Notes: generated by a model from the letters alone, not told the origin. A DNA stretch of 64,000 bases from Vicugna vicugna (GCA_013265495.1 MU061579.1:5021146-5085145); one strand, 5' to 3'; positions 12,589-25,196 are shown, counted from the stretch's first letter. Translations and numbers: made by a program.

Positions 12589-15500
12589 GGGGATGGACAT
12601 CAGCAAGATAGCCAAATAAGACTTCCTTCACATGTATCTCCCCTCAACAGCATAATTTTGCATTTATACACAGACAGAAGTGCCTCTGTGGGAGCTTTGG
12701 GATCTAGGTAGGAGATTGTGAAACCTTGGAGAAGTCCAAGTCTGAGGAAAGCTGTTTTGAGAAAGGAAGCCCACACTCAGGTGTCTACCTGTGACTGTAG
12801 CCCTAGCTACACACCTGGAAGCAGCTCCATATACCTGAGGACTTACCTACAGCCCAGTCTGGCTTTGATTCTGTCACCAGCAACAAATACCAAGGTACCC
12901 AAGAGGAATCATGCCTTACCTATATATCAGGTAACAGGTATACAAATCTCAGTCCTACTTGTAGACCCTGAAGTCTACAGCCCATGAAACAGCTTCAGCC
13001 CCTCTTATCACAATCCAGGAGCCCATGAAGAAAAGTGATGTTGCCAGTAACCAGTGGACAAGAAGTCCTCTGTGGAAGTCCAGGAATCCAGTGGAGAAGT
13101 TGCAGTACAGTTCTGGAGCAAAAAATCCAAGATTAGATGCATTGAATAAGGTGAAAGGAGCAGGTTCATATCACCGCTTGCTTAAGACAGGACAGCCCAA
13201 ATCCAAGAAAAACCTTGTCAACTTGTGATTTCTCCAGAGGGGGAACGTAAGAGCATGCAAGTTAGCATCTGGCTTGCTGAGCTCTGCTGTATGCTGCTGA
13301 CGAGACTCAGTTTTATCCTGCTCCATTCAGAATACTGAGGTATGCTTCCTGACTATGGGGCAGGGACTACCTGGGAGAGCAGCAGAAAGGACTTCTGTAG
13401 GACATTAAAGGGACATGAATCCAGCTAAGTGCATCTCAGATTCTATCAAGAAGCCTGCCGATGAACTGCCAGGAATTACTTATCTGTGGATCCCCACAAC
13501 AGTCCCACAGGCAATACTAGTTAGTGTTCTAATCACCTCACCCACGCACACATCCCACCCAGCATCTGATTCCTTGTGCATACCCCTGATGGTGGCAAGA
13601 GTTAGCCACTGCAGATGGCTAGTGAGCACACACAGAGAGCTAAATTCTATGGGTGTGGGAGAAACCATAAACTTGTATAATCAGCACCACTCTAGGGAAA
13701 GCAAAAGGGAGGCTGCCAGTATTCAGCCTGGTTTGGCAGAATCCAGGGAAGGCACACAAGCTTAGGAATTCTGCCACAAAAGGAAGCAAAATATGTGGAG
13801 TAGGCACACCCACAGGGAAGATCTGAACAAGCCTCAGAAACCCTAGCAGAGCTGATGGAATACATTTATCCCAAAAGCCAGTCAGTGAAGACTGGAGGAG
13901 GTGACCCTACTTCAAATGCAAAAACAATAATTCAAGACTTAAAGGAACATATAAAAAAATCAAGAAAACATGGCACCACCAAAAGAACATAATAATATTC
14001 CAATAACAAACCAAAAAGACATGGAAATGTGTGATTTGTCCAATAAGAATTCAAAATTACTATTTTACAGAAGCTCAGTGAGTTATTAGACAAAGAAAAA
14101 CAATTCAATTAAATCAGGAGAACAGTACATGAATAGAATGAGAAGTTTAACAAGAAGTAGAAACCATTTAAAAAACAAACAAACAAACAAACAAACAAAC
14201 AAAAACCCTCTAGAGCAGAAGTATAAAATCCCAGTGAAAAATTCAATAGAGATCTTCAACAGTGCTTTGGCCAGGCAGAAGAAAGAATCAGAGAACTTGA
14301 AGATACATCATTTGAAATTCTCCAATCAGAACAGGAAAAAGAAATAAAAGATCAACTAAACTAAGAGCTATGGAAAAAAAAAGATAAACAAAACTGGCAA
14401 ATACTTAGCTAAACTAGGAAAAGAAGAGAAAAGGACCCCCAAAATAAAATCAGAAATGAAAAATGGCACCATTACTACCAATACCATGGAAATAAAATAG
14501 AAACATGAGACTATATGAAAAGTTATAGGCTAACAAATTTGATAACATAGGGGAAACAGAAAAATTACTAGAAACATACAAACTATCAAGGCAGAGTCAT
14601 AAAAAAATAGAAAATCTGAACAGATCAATACTGAGTAAGGAAGGAGGTTGAATCAGCAATCAATAACCTCACAACAAGGAAAAGCCCAAGGCAAGGTGGT
14701 TTCGCTGTTGAATTCTATCAAACACTGAAAGAAGAATTAGAGCCAATTCTTCTTAAACATTGAAGAGGAGATAACACTATCAAACTCATTTACGAGGCTA
14801 GCATTACCCTGATATCAAAGCCAGATAAGAACACTACAAGAAAAGAAAACTACAGGCCAATATTCCTGATAAATACAATAAACATTCTTGATAAAATCCT
14901 AGCAAACTGAATTCAACAGCTCATTAGAAGGATTATTCAGCATAATCAAGTGGGATTTATCCTTGGGATGCAGGGATTGTTCAAGATATGCAAATTGATG
15001 TTATATATACCACATTGAGAGACTGAAAGATGTAAAGTATATTATTCTTTTAATGGACACAAAAAGATTTTGGAAAAAAATGACATTCATTTATAATAAA
15101 AACTCTAAAAAAATCAAGTATATAAGAAATGTACCTCAACATAATAAAAGCCATATATGACAAATGAATAGCTAACATCAGACTCAACAGTGAAAGATTG
15201 AAAAGTTTTTTCTCTAAGATCAGGAGTAAGACAAGGGTACCCTCTCTCACCACTTCTATTCAACATAGTGCTGGAAGTCCTAGCCAGAGCACTTAGTCAA
15301 GAAGAAATACAAATAATTTGTATAACAGGTATACAAATTAGAAAGAAGGAAGTTTACAGTTGATATGATAATGGACAGAAAAAATTCTAAATACTCCACC
15401 AAAAAACCTTTAGAACTAATCAACAAATTCAGTGAAGTTTCAAGACTTAAAATCAAGAAGCAAAAAGTAGCTGTGTTTCTATACATTAACAGTGAACGCT

Positions 15501-15878
15501 CTGAAAAATAAAGAAAGGAAATCGAGTAGAATGGTGGTTGCTAATGGTTGTAGGGGTGGGAGCAGGGGGATGGAAAGATGCTGATCAAAGAGTACAAACT
15601 TCCCGCTTCAGATGAGTGAATTCTGGGGATCTAATGTAGCGAATGGTGATTATAGTTAACAATATTATATTGCATTCTTGAAAACTGCCAAGAGAGTAAA
15701 TACTGAATATTCTTACTATAACAAAAGCAGAATGGTAATTTTGTTAGTTGAAAAATATTTATTTAACCTTATTGTAGTAATCATTTTGCAATATACATGT
15801 GCATGGAATAGTCATACTGTGAAACTTAAACTTATACAATTCTACATGTCAATTATATCTTAATAAAGCCAGGAAAAA
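12589..15878 (+). mobile_element. L1MA9-like LINE-1 with 5' end and 3' end but large internal deletions (about 3.3 kb)
   Basis: 5' end GGGGATGGACATCAGCAAGATAGCC; GC-richer 5'UTR to about 13900; ORF1 start region (AATCAAGAAAACATGGCACCACCAAAAGAAC); jump into ORF2 at about 14345; RT-region remnants (AAAAGAAAACTACAGGCCAATATTCCTGATAAA; AATCAAGTGGGATTTATCCTTGGGATGCAGGGATTGTTCAA); jump at about 15518 to the 3'UTR (GAGTAGAATGGTGGTTGC...ATGTCAATTATATCTTAATAAAGCCAGGAAAAAA). Confidence 0.88.
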
Positions 15879-15893
15879 ACACACAATGGGTAT

Positions 15894-16282
15894 TGTGTTG
15901 TTCTGCGCAAATATCCCTGGCAGGGCTGACACATCTACCTCCTAGACAATGGAATTATCAGCTGCTGATAAATTATAACAGCCACTCACAGTTGCCCTCA
16001 TCCTCAGGGAGATGCTTAATTGCCTAACCCAAGGTTATTTCCCTTCCCAGAGTTAACATGTGGTCAATATTTGGATAGGGAATGCATAGAATCAGCCTCA
16101 TGGGCTTTGAACTTATGTTGAGATTGGCTGAGGCTTCAGTTGCACTGCATTGATAAATAGCCTCTGTCCAATGGTTCCTTCCTCAGTTTTGCACAAGTTT
16201 ATCTTCTGTGTGTTTCTTCAGCAAACCATCTGCATGAAAAACTTTATTTCAGAGTCTGTTTCCAAGGAACCCAATCAAATAG
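15894..16282 (+). mobile_element. LTR16-like (ERVL class) solo LTR
   Basis: GAGATTGGCTGAGGCTTCAGTTGCACTGCAT and terminal AAACCATCTGCATGAAAA...TTCAGAGTCTGTTTCCAAGGAACCCAA match LTR16-family hallmarks. Confidence 0.75.
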
Positions 16283-16599
16283 GATCAACAACACTGCCCA
16301 TTTGACCTCATATTCACCTCTAGTTGAAAGCATAGGATAGAAGCCTGTGAAAGTTTTAAAGACATTTACAATCAGCGTATCAACAATTGGAAGACTTAGA
16401 TCCAAGGGTAGTAAGCCTCAAATCTCAAAATATGTATTTTTCTATCTCCGTATTTGCAATTTCAATGTCTATCCTTTATTTCTTCCTTCCTTGGATCCTG
16501 CATTCCCTCTATTTTCCTTCTCCCCTTCCTCACTTCACACTTTTCTTTTTCCTTTCCTCATTTATTGTTTCCTGCCGTCTTTTCTTTCTTTCCTTTGTC

Positions 16600-17220
16600 A
16601 AAAAAAAAAAATTATTGGCTATGTATCACTATTCCTGATGTGGAAGAGACAGCAGTGATCTAGAGAGGAAAAAAAAATCCTATCATAAATAAGCCTAAAT
16701 TATATTATGAAGAAACAATCATAAAATAAGTAACATACATAATATTTCAAATTTTGATAAGTTTTCTGGAGGAAAAATAAAGCATATAATAGGAATAAAT
16801 ATTACTGGTTTGGTCATTACTATTTTAAATAGAGTTGTCAAGGAAAGCTAGATTGATAAAAATAAAACATGTGTGCAGAAGCCTAAAAGATGAAGATGAG
16901 AGTCATGCGGCTATCTGGGGGAAGAGCATTCCAAGTGTAGAAATCTGAAATGCAAAGGTCTCCTGCAGATGTATGCTTTTGGTGTATTTGAGGAATATCA
17001 AGAACATTAGTTTGATCAGAGTAGACCTGGTGACAGGAAAAGTGATTTAGATGAGATCAGACAAAAGAGTGAAGGAAAGTGTATATTTTAAAAGAATTTT
17101 AGGCCACTGTATGGGATTTAACTTTTATTTTACTCTGTGTGAGGTTAGATACCACTGCAGTTTTTTGAGCAGAGGAATGGTGAGATCTAGACCATGCTTT
17201 AAGAGCATCATTCTGGCACC
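16600..17220 (-). mobile_element. L2 fragment
   Basis: GAGTCATGCGGCTATCTGGGGAAGAGCATTCCAAGTGTAGAAA...TGCAAAGGTCTC and TTTTGAGCAGAGGAATGG...TTTAAGAGCATCATTCTGGC (antisense L2). Confidence 0.75.
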
Positions 17221-18218
17221 TATATATAATATGAACCCAGCATTTTGGGTTTTATTCTTTAAATATGATTGTGAATTCAAAATAACAGCTGTTTACATTT
17301 TCTATCTAATAGATGTTTTAATTACATGTTTTGATAACAAATCTTTTAATAAGAATTATATCAACATAGATGAATTATTTTGAAGCACTCAAACATGTTA
17401 ATCTTCATCAATTTTCTATGCAATGCAGTTAAACTTTTGCACTTTGCCCTTTTCTTTTAACTTCTATGGGCACAATGGCTTTAATGGCATGTTCAGAATA
17501 AAATTATTTAATATCATTACTGTCCAGTTAATTATTTACTAATTATACCCCCAGCCATTCTTAAGTTTCCTTTTGGACTGTAACTCTGTGCCATTTTTCC
17601 CAGCCCAAATTTGTCGAGAATATTTTATTATGTTTTCAATGACAACTGTTATCATTGGAAAAAACATCAATGCTCAATGACATTTTAACTATTTTGTTTG
17701 GGAAAAGACAAAATTATCCATTAAAGTAAAATAAAGTTATTTTTCTGGCACTTCCCTTTAAGGTTGTCTTAATAACATGATATAACTTTTACATTAATGA
17801 AAATGGTACTATTCTTCATCTGCCATACATAGTTAATTGCATTCTATGTATTAAAGATTAAACATATACTGGGCCTACAAAAACTTAAACAACATTATCT
17901 GCCCTCAGTTGGCTGTCAATTAAGAGAAACAAGAAAATACACAGATTGATAGAATACTGTATTGTAAGTGTCATGATAATCGTCTGGAAGGCTCCCCAGA
18001 GACACATTAGAGAACAGGAGGGTAGAGATCAATTCTTATTAGAATCTCATTGTCCTTCACCTACAGTCCACCAAGGCTGCTCTTGAGCTAGTCCTTCCTG
18101 TTGCTGTTTCTTGTCCTATGCTTCTAGGATACTGGACAAATTTGAAGCTACCAAAAGCTGCATACTGCAGTAAAATAATTGTTGTTTTGCACTGTCAGCT
18201 CTAAGCGCAACTTCACAT

Positions 18219-18686
18219 TGTAAAATAAAATTTATATTTTATGGCAAGACAAGAACTATTAAAGCATAAGAAGTTTTTCTCTACCATTTGGCTTCCTCTC
18301 TCCTTTCTACTGTGTACTGTATATCTGCATTATGCATCTATGAAACCTCCCTCATCGGCAGAGATACCTGCTCAACCATAAAGAGCAACCAACAAGACAC
18401 CTAGCACCAACAACAACTCCTTAAAAGATAACATTCCTTCTTCATCTTGTACGGTGCCACAATGACCCATGGCCCACTACCTTCTAGACTGTATAAACCA
18501 TCAATAAGATGTCGTTTAATGCACAGCCTTCTGTCTCAAAAACTTACGTAACTGTGTTTTGACCTCTAACTGGTGGAACAGTTCTTGGGGCTTTCTGAGA
18601 GGCTGCTCCAGTGTTCTAATCTTCAATTTGGCTTGAATAAAATTTTCCATTTCTTTCTCAGATAGACTGCTTAGTTTTTGTCAGCA
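18219..18686 (+). mobile_element. ERV1-class solo LTR (468 bp) with perfect 4-bp TSD ACAT
   Basis: Begins TG (18219) and ends CA (18686). Flanked by ACAT at 18215-18218 and 18687-18690. Internal TATA-like GTATAAA (about 18492) and poly(A) signal AATAAA (about 18636). Confidence 0.85.
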
Positions 18687-20339
18687 ACATCAATCTTCTT
18701 TGACTTCTGTGTACTCACCTCGACCCTTATATATGTGCATACATGTGAATAAGTAAGTATGGATAACCAAAGTTCTAGTTCGCATCTTCCAACTTGTCTA
18801 GTTCAATATAAACGCATGGCAAGTTCTCAGTAACACTGAATAAAATAGGTAAATGTTTTAACTCATCCTACTGAATTCACTGAAACACAGAAACAGCGGT
18901 TGCTTTATCTTCTTTCAGATAGGTAGAGTATCTACTTTCCTCTGTAATTCCAAGGTCCTCGTCCATGCAAGTAATAATGACAGGAATGGTCTGAAGTCCA
19001 TCAACTTGATGCCGTAGGAATGAGAGGAGAACTTCTTCATGGATTCTCACTGTGGGCTCCATGGCTAGAAAGCCCAGGACGCAGCTGAGCCAAAAGAACA
19101 ATAGGTAAATCAGTACCTTCAGAGGTTCGTATAAGACAGAGTAGACAATGGAGAAAACACTGATATTATTCTCATCACCATGGCAATCTAGCTATACAAA
19201 CACGGACTTCACGTTTAAAAGGAGATCTAAGGTAATTTCTGGTGTTAAATGATTCTGCAACTAGAATATTAAAGAGGATATATATCTCATATGTATATGT
19301 GTGTATATATATATATACACACACAAACACATACATAACAATGCCTCTAATATCTAGGAGGAACATACAAAGGCATTACATTTCCTCACCCATCTCTGTC
19401 TTGCCATCATTGCTCTGCCTCAGGAGGACTGCTAAATATAGTACAGACCTGGTATAGCCACAAGTGTGTAGGGTGTAGTTTGACTTTGGTATATCACTGC
19501 GATTTTATCTTTTCTTCTTATTGTCCCTAGATTATATGTTTAAAAAAATAGATCAACGGGTTTATTGTTGTCCCACTTCTAGTTTTCAAAGCATGTAATG
19601 CCAGTGATCTAAACCTAAAAGGAAGAGTACATTTCTGCTCTTGGTGTTATGATTCTAATATTTCTACTTCAACATCAAAGAGCTCATATGCTACTGTCCT
19701 ATGATGAAACAAAAACAAAAAGAAAATTTAAAGTTATGTCCCTCTCCCCTGCCTTCTCTTATATGGTCAGCTAGTTATTTTAAATTACCCAGGCACATTA
19801 TCCTAAACCAAACCTCAAGAAATACTAGCAATCAGGTTTCCATCATCATCTGACCTAAGTGTTTTAGTAAGAATGATTCAACCAGTTGTTTTACACAGAT
19901 TAACTCTCTAAATATGAAGATGTAAATATTGAGCGGAGTTGCAGAGGAATCTAAGAGGACGAATAAGGTGAAAACTCATGGGCCTTGCATTGTTAGTTTA
20001 TTTTTTACCCACAAACCATGCATATTTTCTCAAATTGCTGATAGCTAAATAGTAGGAGTGTTAGTGTGAGCTGAGGAAACTGGAGAAACTGGTTTCAGAT
20101 AGAGCTAAAAATATCCTAGAGATACTGCACATTACAAAATGGACCTTTCCCAAAAGCATATTCGCTCATGTAGTTCAAACTTTATACATTTCTTTAGAAA
20201 CATTGAAGATAAGCAATTAGAAGAGCTAGATAAAAAAATCTATTTGGAACTTCAGTGTTAGAAAGAAAATTCCAAGAGGTCAACAGATATAATTACAGCA
20301 CCATAAAAAAGGCATTCCTCAATCAACAAGGTTAAATTT

Positions 20340-20448
20340 ATATATATACATATATATATATACACACACACACACATATATATATATACACACATTTATA
20401 TACACATATACATACACACACGTACATACATACATAGATACATATATC
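20340..20448. repeat. Compound (TA)n/(CA)n microsatellite
   Basis: Alternating TATA/CACA runs over about 110 bp. Confidence 0.9.
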
Positions 20449-20489
20449 TGTGAATATTCACTCCAGTAATTCTAATTTTATGTGAAAAG

Positions 20490-20620
20490 GTTTTTAAACA
20501 TAAAAGTTAAGAAACTATACAGAAGTTAAGCAACTCTCCCCAAGCTCATACCACTATATGGAGACTGGAACCCAGGTTTAGTCTGAATCTAGAAACTGGA
20601 GAATTTTAACTGTAATATAA
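20490..20620 (-). mobile_element. MIR fragment
   Basis: AGAAGTTAAGCAACTCTCCCCAAGCTCATAC...GAACCCAGGTTTAGTCTGAATCTAGA (antisense MIR). Confidence 0.6.
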
Positions 20621-22570
20621 TCCGACATTAAATAGCCTCCTGAATAAACAAAAGTATAATGCACACAAGTAAAAGAATCGTAAGTACACTAAGTAGATCT
20701 ATCAATGTAACAAGAAAGATCTATTAAAAATGTAAAACCATAACATAGACATAAAAGCTGACATACAAATACATTTCTCCAGAGACATTAAATATTATAT
20801 ACATGCCAAATAATCATATAGTTGGAGGAAATTAATTTGAGGCAATGAGATATGAAGGATGGGTGCTCTGACAAGTCTAATTGCAGGCACCAGTTTAGGT
20901 CTTAGGAAGGGACTGGATGCATTTGGGAAGAGAAATTGAGGATACTGCTGAGCACAGTGTCCTTAGGATGCAGAAGGCCTGATTTCTAAGATTCACCAAC
21001 CATGTGATCTTGAACGAGTAGTAAGATGGTAAAAGGGTAAATTTGAAGAAAATTCAGAAATTTAACCCAAACACTTCCTTTTTACAGGTGGAAAAACTGA
21101 TGTCTGTGACATTTAATGACTTCTCTATTTCCTGAAATCCTCACTAATTATGTACAGAGCTACTGGGCTCAGTTTATGTATCTGTGAAGTAGGGCCAAAG
21201 TGCTAACCTTGTCTAGCTTTCAGCTAAGCCTTAACACTTAAAAAAATAGATTATGAGCCTTGTAGAGTAGAGTTAGCACACTGTGTAATTACTGTTTCTT
21301 CTGTAGGGGAGTACATGTTACCTCCTTTGCACTATAGCATACTCCTTATGGAGAGAGATTGTCTCTTCTTACCCTTTTAATTAAAAAGTGCTAAAACGTG
21401 TGAATGAATGAGGTTGATGTAAATGAGGTAAAATGACCTTAAATAGTAAAGTTTTAATAAATATCAGGTTTTTGAAAATCACATTTTTCGACATAATGAG
21501 ATGCCACTTGTCATCCTGTACCTAACTATAGTGAGAAAATTTGATCCTTAGAAAACTTTTTTTAGTAACACCAAATTATTTCTTAAGATGACAGCTTTTA
21601 GATAATTAAGACCAGGATTCATATGAAACTGATCTTGCTTTTAAACCTATACCATATTTGAGACTTTTTTCCTATACCTAGTTGCATACAACTAGGTGTA
21701 AGTTGGTAACCTATCAAACTTAAAACTTCAATGAAGTTTACTGAAGGAAATGGCATGGACTTCTACACAAAAGAACCTGACCCCTAGAGAAATCTACATA
21801 CTCAGATGCAAACACAGACATAAACAGAGAAATACATTCTATCACTACAAAATACTAATTCATCAAGTTTGGATCTGCTATCACTGTACTTAATTAACTA
21901 ATTATTTAACAACTTCTTGTTTTATTATTTTGTTTAGAGTTTTAATGACATTCTTTTTGACATTCTGTAACAACTCTGCCTAAAAACTGCAGCATCATTT
22001 ACTGATTCAGACCTGCTCTTTCCTATTAATAAGAAGTTACAATTTTATTCTAATTCCAGAAGTTAGAAGCAAGCCTTGAACCCTTCTCTCCTAAAAGGAA
22101 AAAGGAGTAAAGAGCACTTAATAGTGATTGAATCAGACAGTTTGTACCAAATCATGGAAATGTGCATTCGAAAGAGGCAGATAATTGTACAAGCATATTG
22201 CATAGAATACATAAGTGTAGCCCTGGAGGTCAAAAAAGTAGAAGGAAACCAATTACGCTAAGTATCCACTAAATTGTTTTTCATTGTCTAATTGAAAAAG
22301 TGATCACAGGAATCAGAAAGGTTTAAATTGAAAGGGCTTTTAGTTTAAATCTGACCTTAAGCCAATGTTATTTAAATATGGTAAATAATGTATTCTGGAA
22401 GGAACTTTTCTAGATTCAAAATCCCACTTGAGTAGTGCTTGGATCATTTTTGGGTTTCTCTCACTGTGATTTTCCAGCCTTTAGTTAATGAAAGGAGCAC
22501 ACTTACTTATGTCAAATGTGAACATTACAAATTTATTTGGAAAGCTGATCTTAATCGTATGTTTCCAGTG

Positions 22571-22719
22571 AAATAAATTCATTCATTCATTCCGTGCTTT
22601 TCCTGAATAATTTAGATCATTTAAGAAAACATGAAGCATTGGCCTAAATAAACTTATCTATTCATTCATTGCTTTTGGTGAATAATTTAGAACATTTAAA
22701 TAAAATTGAGTATCTGCCT
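22571..22719. repeat. Diverged tandem duplication, two units of about 75 bp
   Basis: Units 22571-22645 and 22646-22719 share AAATAAA...ATTCATTCATT...TGCTTTT..TGAATAATTTAGA.CATTTAA...GCCT. Confidence 0.8.
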
Positions 22720-25165
22720 AAATCATAAAGGGCTAATCGTCCCCTCAGCTTAAAGACATCAGTAGCAATCAGTGCTACTTATTACTTCACAGTCTTGATG
22801 AACCTTGATTCTTATGTTGATCCTGTACAAAAATTTTAGAGTTTGGACACTGCTGAAATAAAATAGAGAAAGAAAAGGGGAAAGAAATTGCTCTTTCAAG
22901 GACCTATTCAGGGGAACAAACCCATACTTTGCCCTTCTGCCAACCATTATCTTCAGGCACCAGAACAGCCCTTAAAATACAGACACAGCAGATCAAGAGG
23001 CACCACGCATGGCTTCATCAGAAACAGCATGTGTTCAGACTCAGCTTCTCCCTAGGCCTAAATGAATTACCTTTAGGAGGCTACAACTTTCAAATCGGCT
23101 TTAAAAGGAACATTCTGTCTTTGGACAAATGGAGTAGGGCAGAGAAGAGTAGTTTCTGCTCCCGTTCTCCCAGGTACCAATTCTTTGCAAGCTCAAGACC
23201 AGGCCAGCGACTGCGAGACTGTGAGGTGCCTGGCTGCAGAAAGAAGAGGAGCCTCCCAGGCCATGAGCAATGAACGGTCCATCACATACGCACACCCCTC
23301 CCAGACTGTGCTCTCTCAGTGTTTCTGGAAAAATTCCATGAGGCCCTATTAAGAGTTTGCTTAATCAGTGAAAATATCAAAGCGTTTAATTGTTTGCAAT
23401 TCTTCTGAAGTTGCAGAAAGCAACAGCCAATTAGTACTCAAACTCCTCTTTTCAGATGGGAAACTAATCTCTTTTTAATAGAAACTTTTCCTACTCATTT
23501 TTTTTTCTTTGGAAACATACTTTGCAACCCAAATCACACTTAGAATACAATGAAACAGAATATGAAATAATATGTTCCTGCAAACTATCATCTTTTCTAG
23601 TTCATTTTCAAGATCTTTGATATTTACATATGACCTTTCCATTTTTATTAACAGTTTATTGGATTTTTGCATTCCAGCCAGTAGAAGAGAAAGGTAATTT
23701 ACAGAAAGATTTGACAGTTATATACACAGCTATAAACTTCAGTCCATTAACTTATTTCTTGTGTAACCTTTAGACAATTCTACCAAAACATTCATATAAG
23801 CATATGCTTTTTCCCTTTATGCTAAAAAGCTCTCATTATAGAGCCCTATTTATAGAATGTCAAATGAAAGAAAAAACATTCTAACATGTCTCTTTATGGT
23901 TTACAGATGTTTACAGCTCTAACTTTTTAAGGCACGTAAGTAAAAGTCAAAGATATTTTTGGGTTGCTTAGATTCTATGAGGTGTGAATGGATGTGTTTG
24001 ACATCTATTATCTGATTAATTTATAATTATAAATTTGATAATGGCAAGATTATTTTAATAAATCTACTTTAAATGGTGGCTCAGAATATTTGCATGTAAC
24101 TCATTGCATTGTTTAAAGCAATACGTGTTATTTTTATACAAATTATAGGAAAATGATTTATGTTAAACATGATATCTGAGCTTTAAACTTTGCTAAGATA
24201 TTTATCTAAAATGCAGTCATTTTGGTAGCTTCTTGAAAATCCGAAATTGATAGACTTCTGTATAAATATATAAGGACAAAATTGAATAACAAGAAAGTGG
24301 AAATGTTGCGTATTATTTGATTTTTGCACAGAATGGGTATGTTACTAATTAAATATTAATATTTAAATACATGGCATAGCAATCTAAATGGATTTTAATA
24401 CCATTACGCCCAGAGTCATTTCTTTATGATAAAAAGCACCATGGAGAAGTTGTAAAGTAATAATAAAAGGAATTAGAAGAGAAGAAAATATTCTTTTACA
24501 TGAATCTTGTTTCATTATTCATAAAATACCACAACTTGGAGTGTTTTCTCCAACACAAGTGAATACTATATATTCATACTATGATGAATGCATGATATAT
24601 TCATATCATCTTCGCTACAGAAAAATAAAAAAAATTATGAAAACATATGAGATGAATAAATGGAATTAATACTTTTACTAAAGTCTCAATTTGTCTGCAT
24701 ACTTTTGCAGGTAGGAAAGAAGGAATAAGTGAACTATACTGATGCAACTTGAAAATTAATAAGTAGTTCAGTTAGAGTCCTTTGAGTTTTGCAGGCACGA
24801 TACTAGGAATGTGAACACTGAGAAATCATTAACGATTATATCTTGATGGATTTCCACCAGGCCCATAAAGTGGGGATGAAATGCATAAAATAATAAATTA
24901 TTTCCCAGAAAATTAGTTTAACCCAAGGCTTTCGGGAATTGTTATATAAACAGATTCCTATTTACATATTTATTTGTGCTTTAATAAAGAGTTACAGAGG
25001 GAAAAGCGTGTTAGACCAGCAATATTCCTGTGTTATATATTAAACAATAATGCCAGTTGATCTTAAGAAACAGACATGAGAGACAAATTCACTCAAAAAG
25101 GATTTTTCACTGTACTTCATCTCTTTTATTTTTTCTTGGCCTCTTCAGGAAATGGAAAAGTTCTA

Positions 25166-25196
25166 TAGTGCCATCTGGTGTGAATTAAGGGAACAT
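25166..25196 (-). promoter_or_regulatory. Candidate CTCF binding site
   Basis: Minus strand reads TGTTCCCTTAATTCACACCAGATGGCACTA. The core ACACCAGATGGCACT is close to the CTCF core CCACCAGRKGGCRC, and a GTTCC sits at the usual upstream-motif spacing. It lies in non-repeat sequence. Motif match only. Confidence 0.5.

Noticed and set aside
12718..13765. ORFs of 62-116 aa in a GC-richer stretch
   Set aside because: They lie in the L1 5'UTR region, where fewer stops are expected, and resemble no protein I recognise.
18713..18900. Minus-strand exon candidate (TGTTTCAG|...GAG|GTGAGT)
   Set aside because: Stops in the frames checked, and the interior looks like a decayed L2 tail; no independent support.
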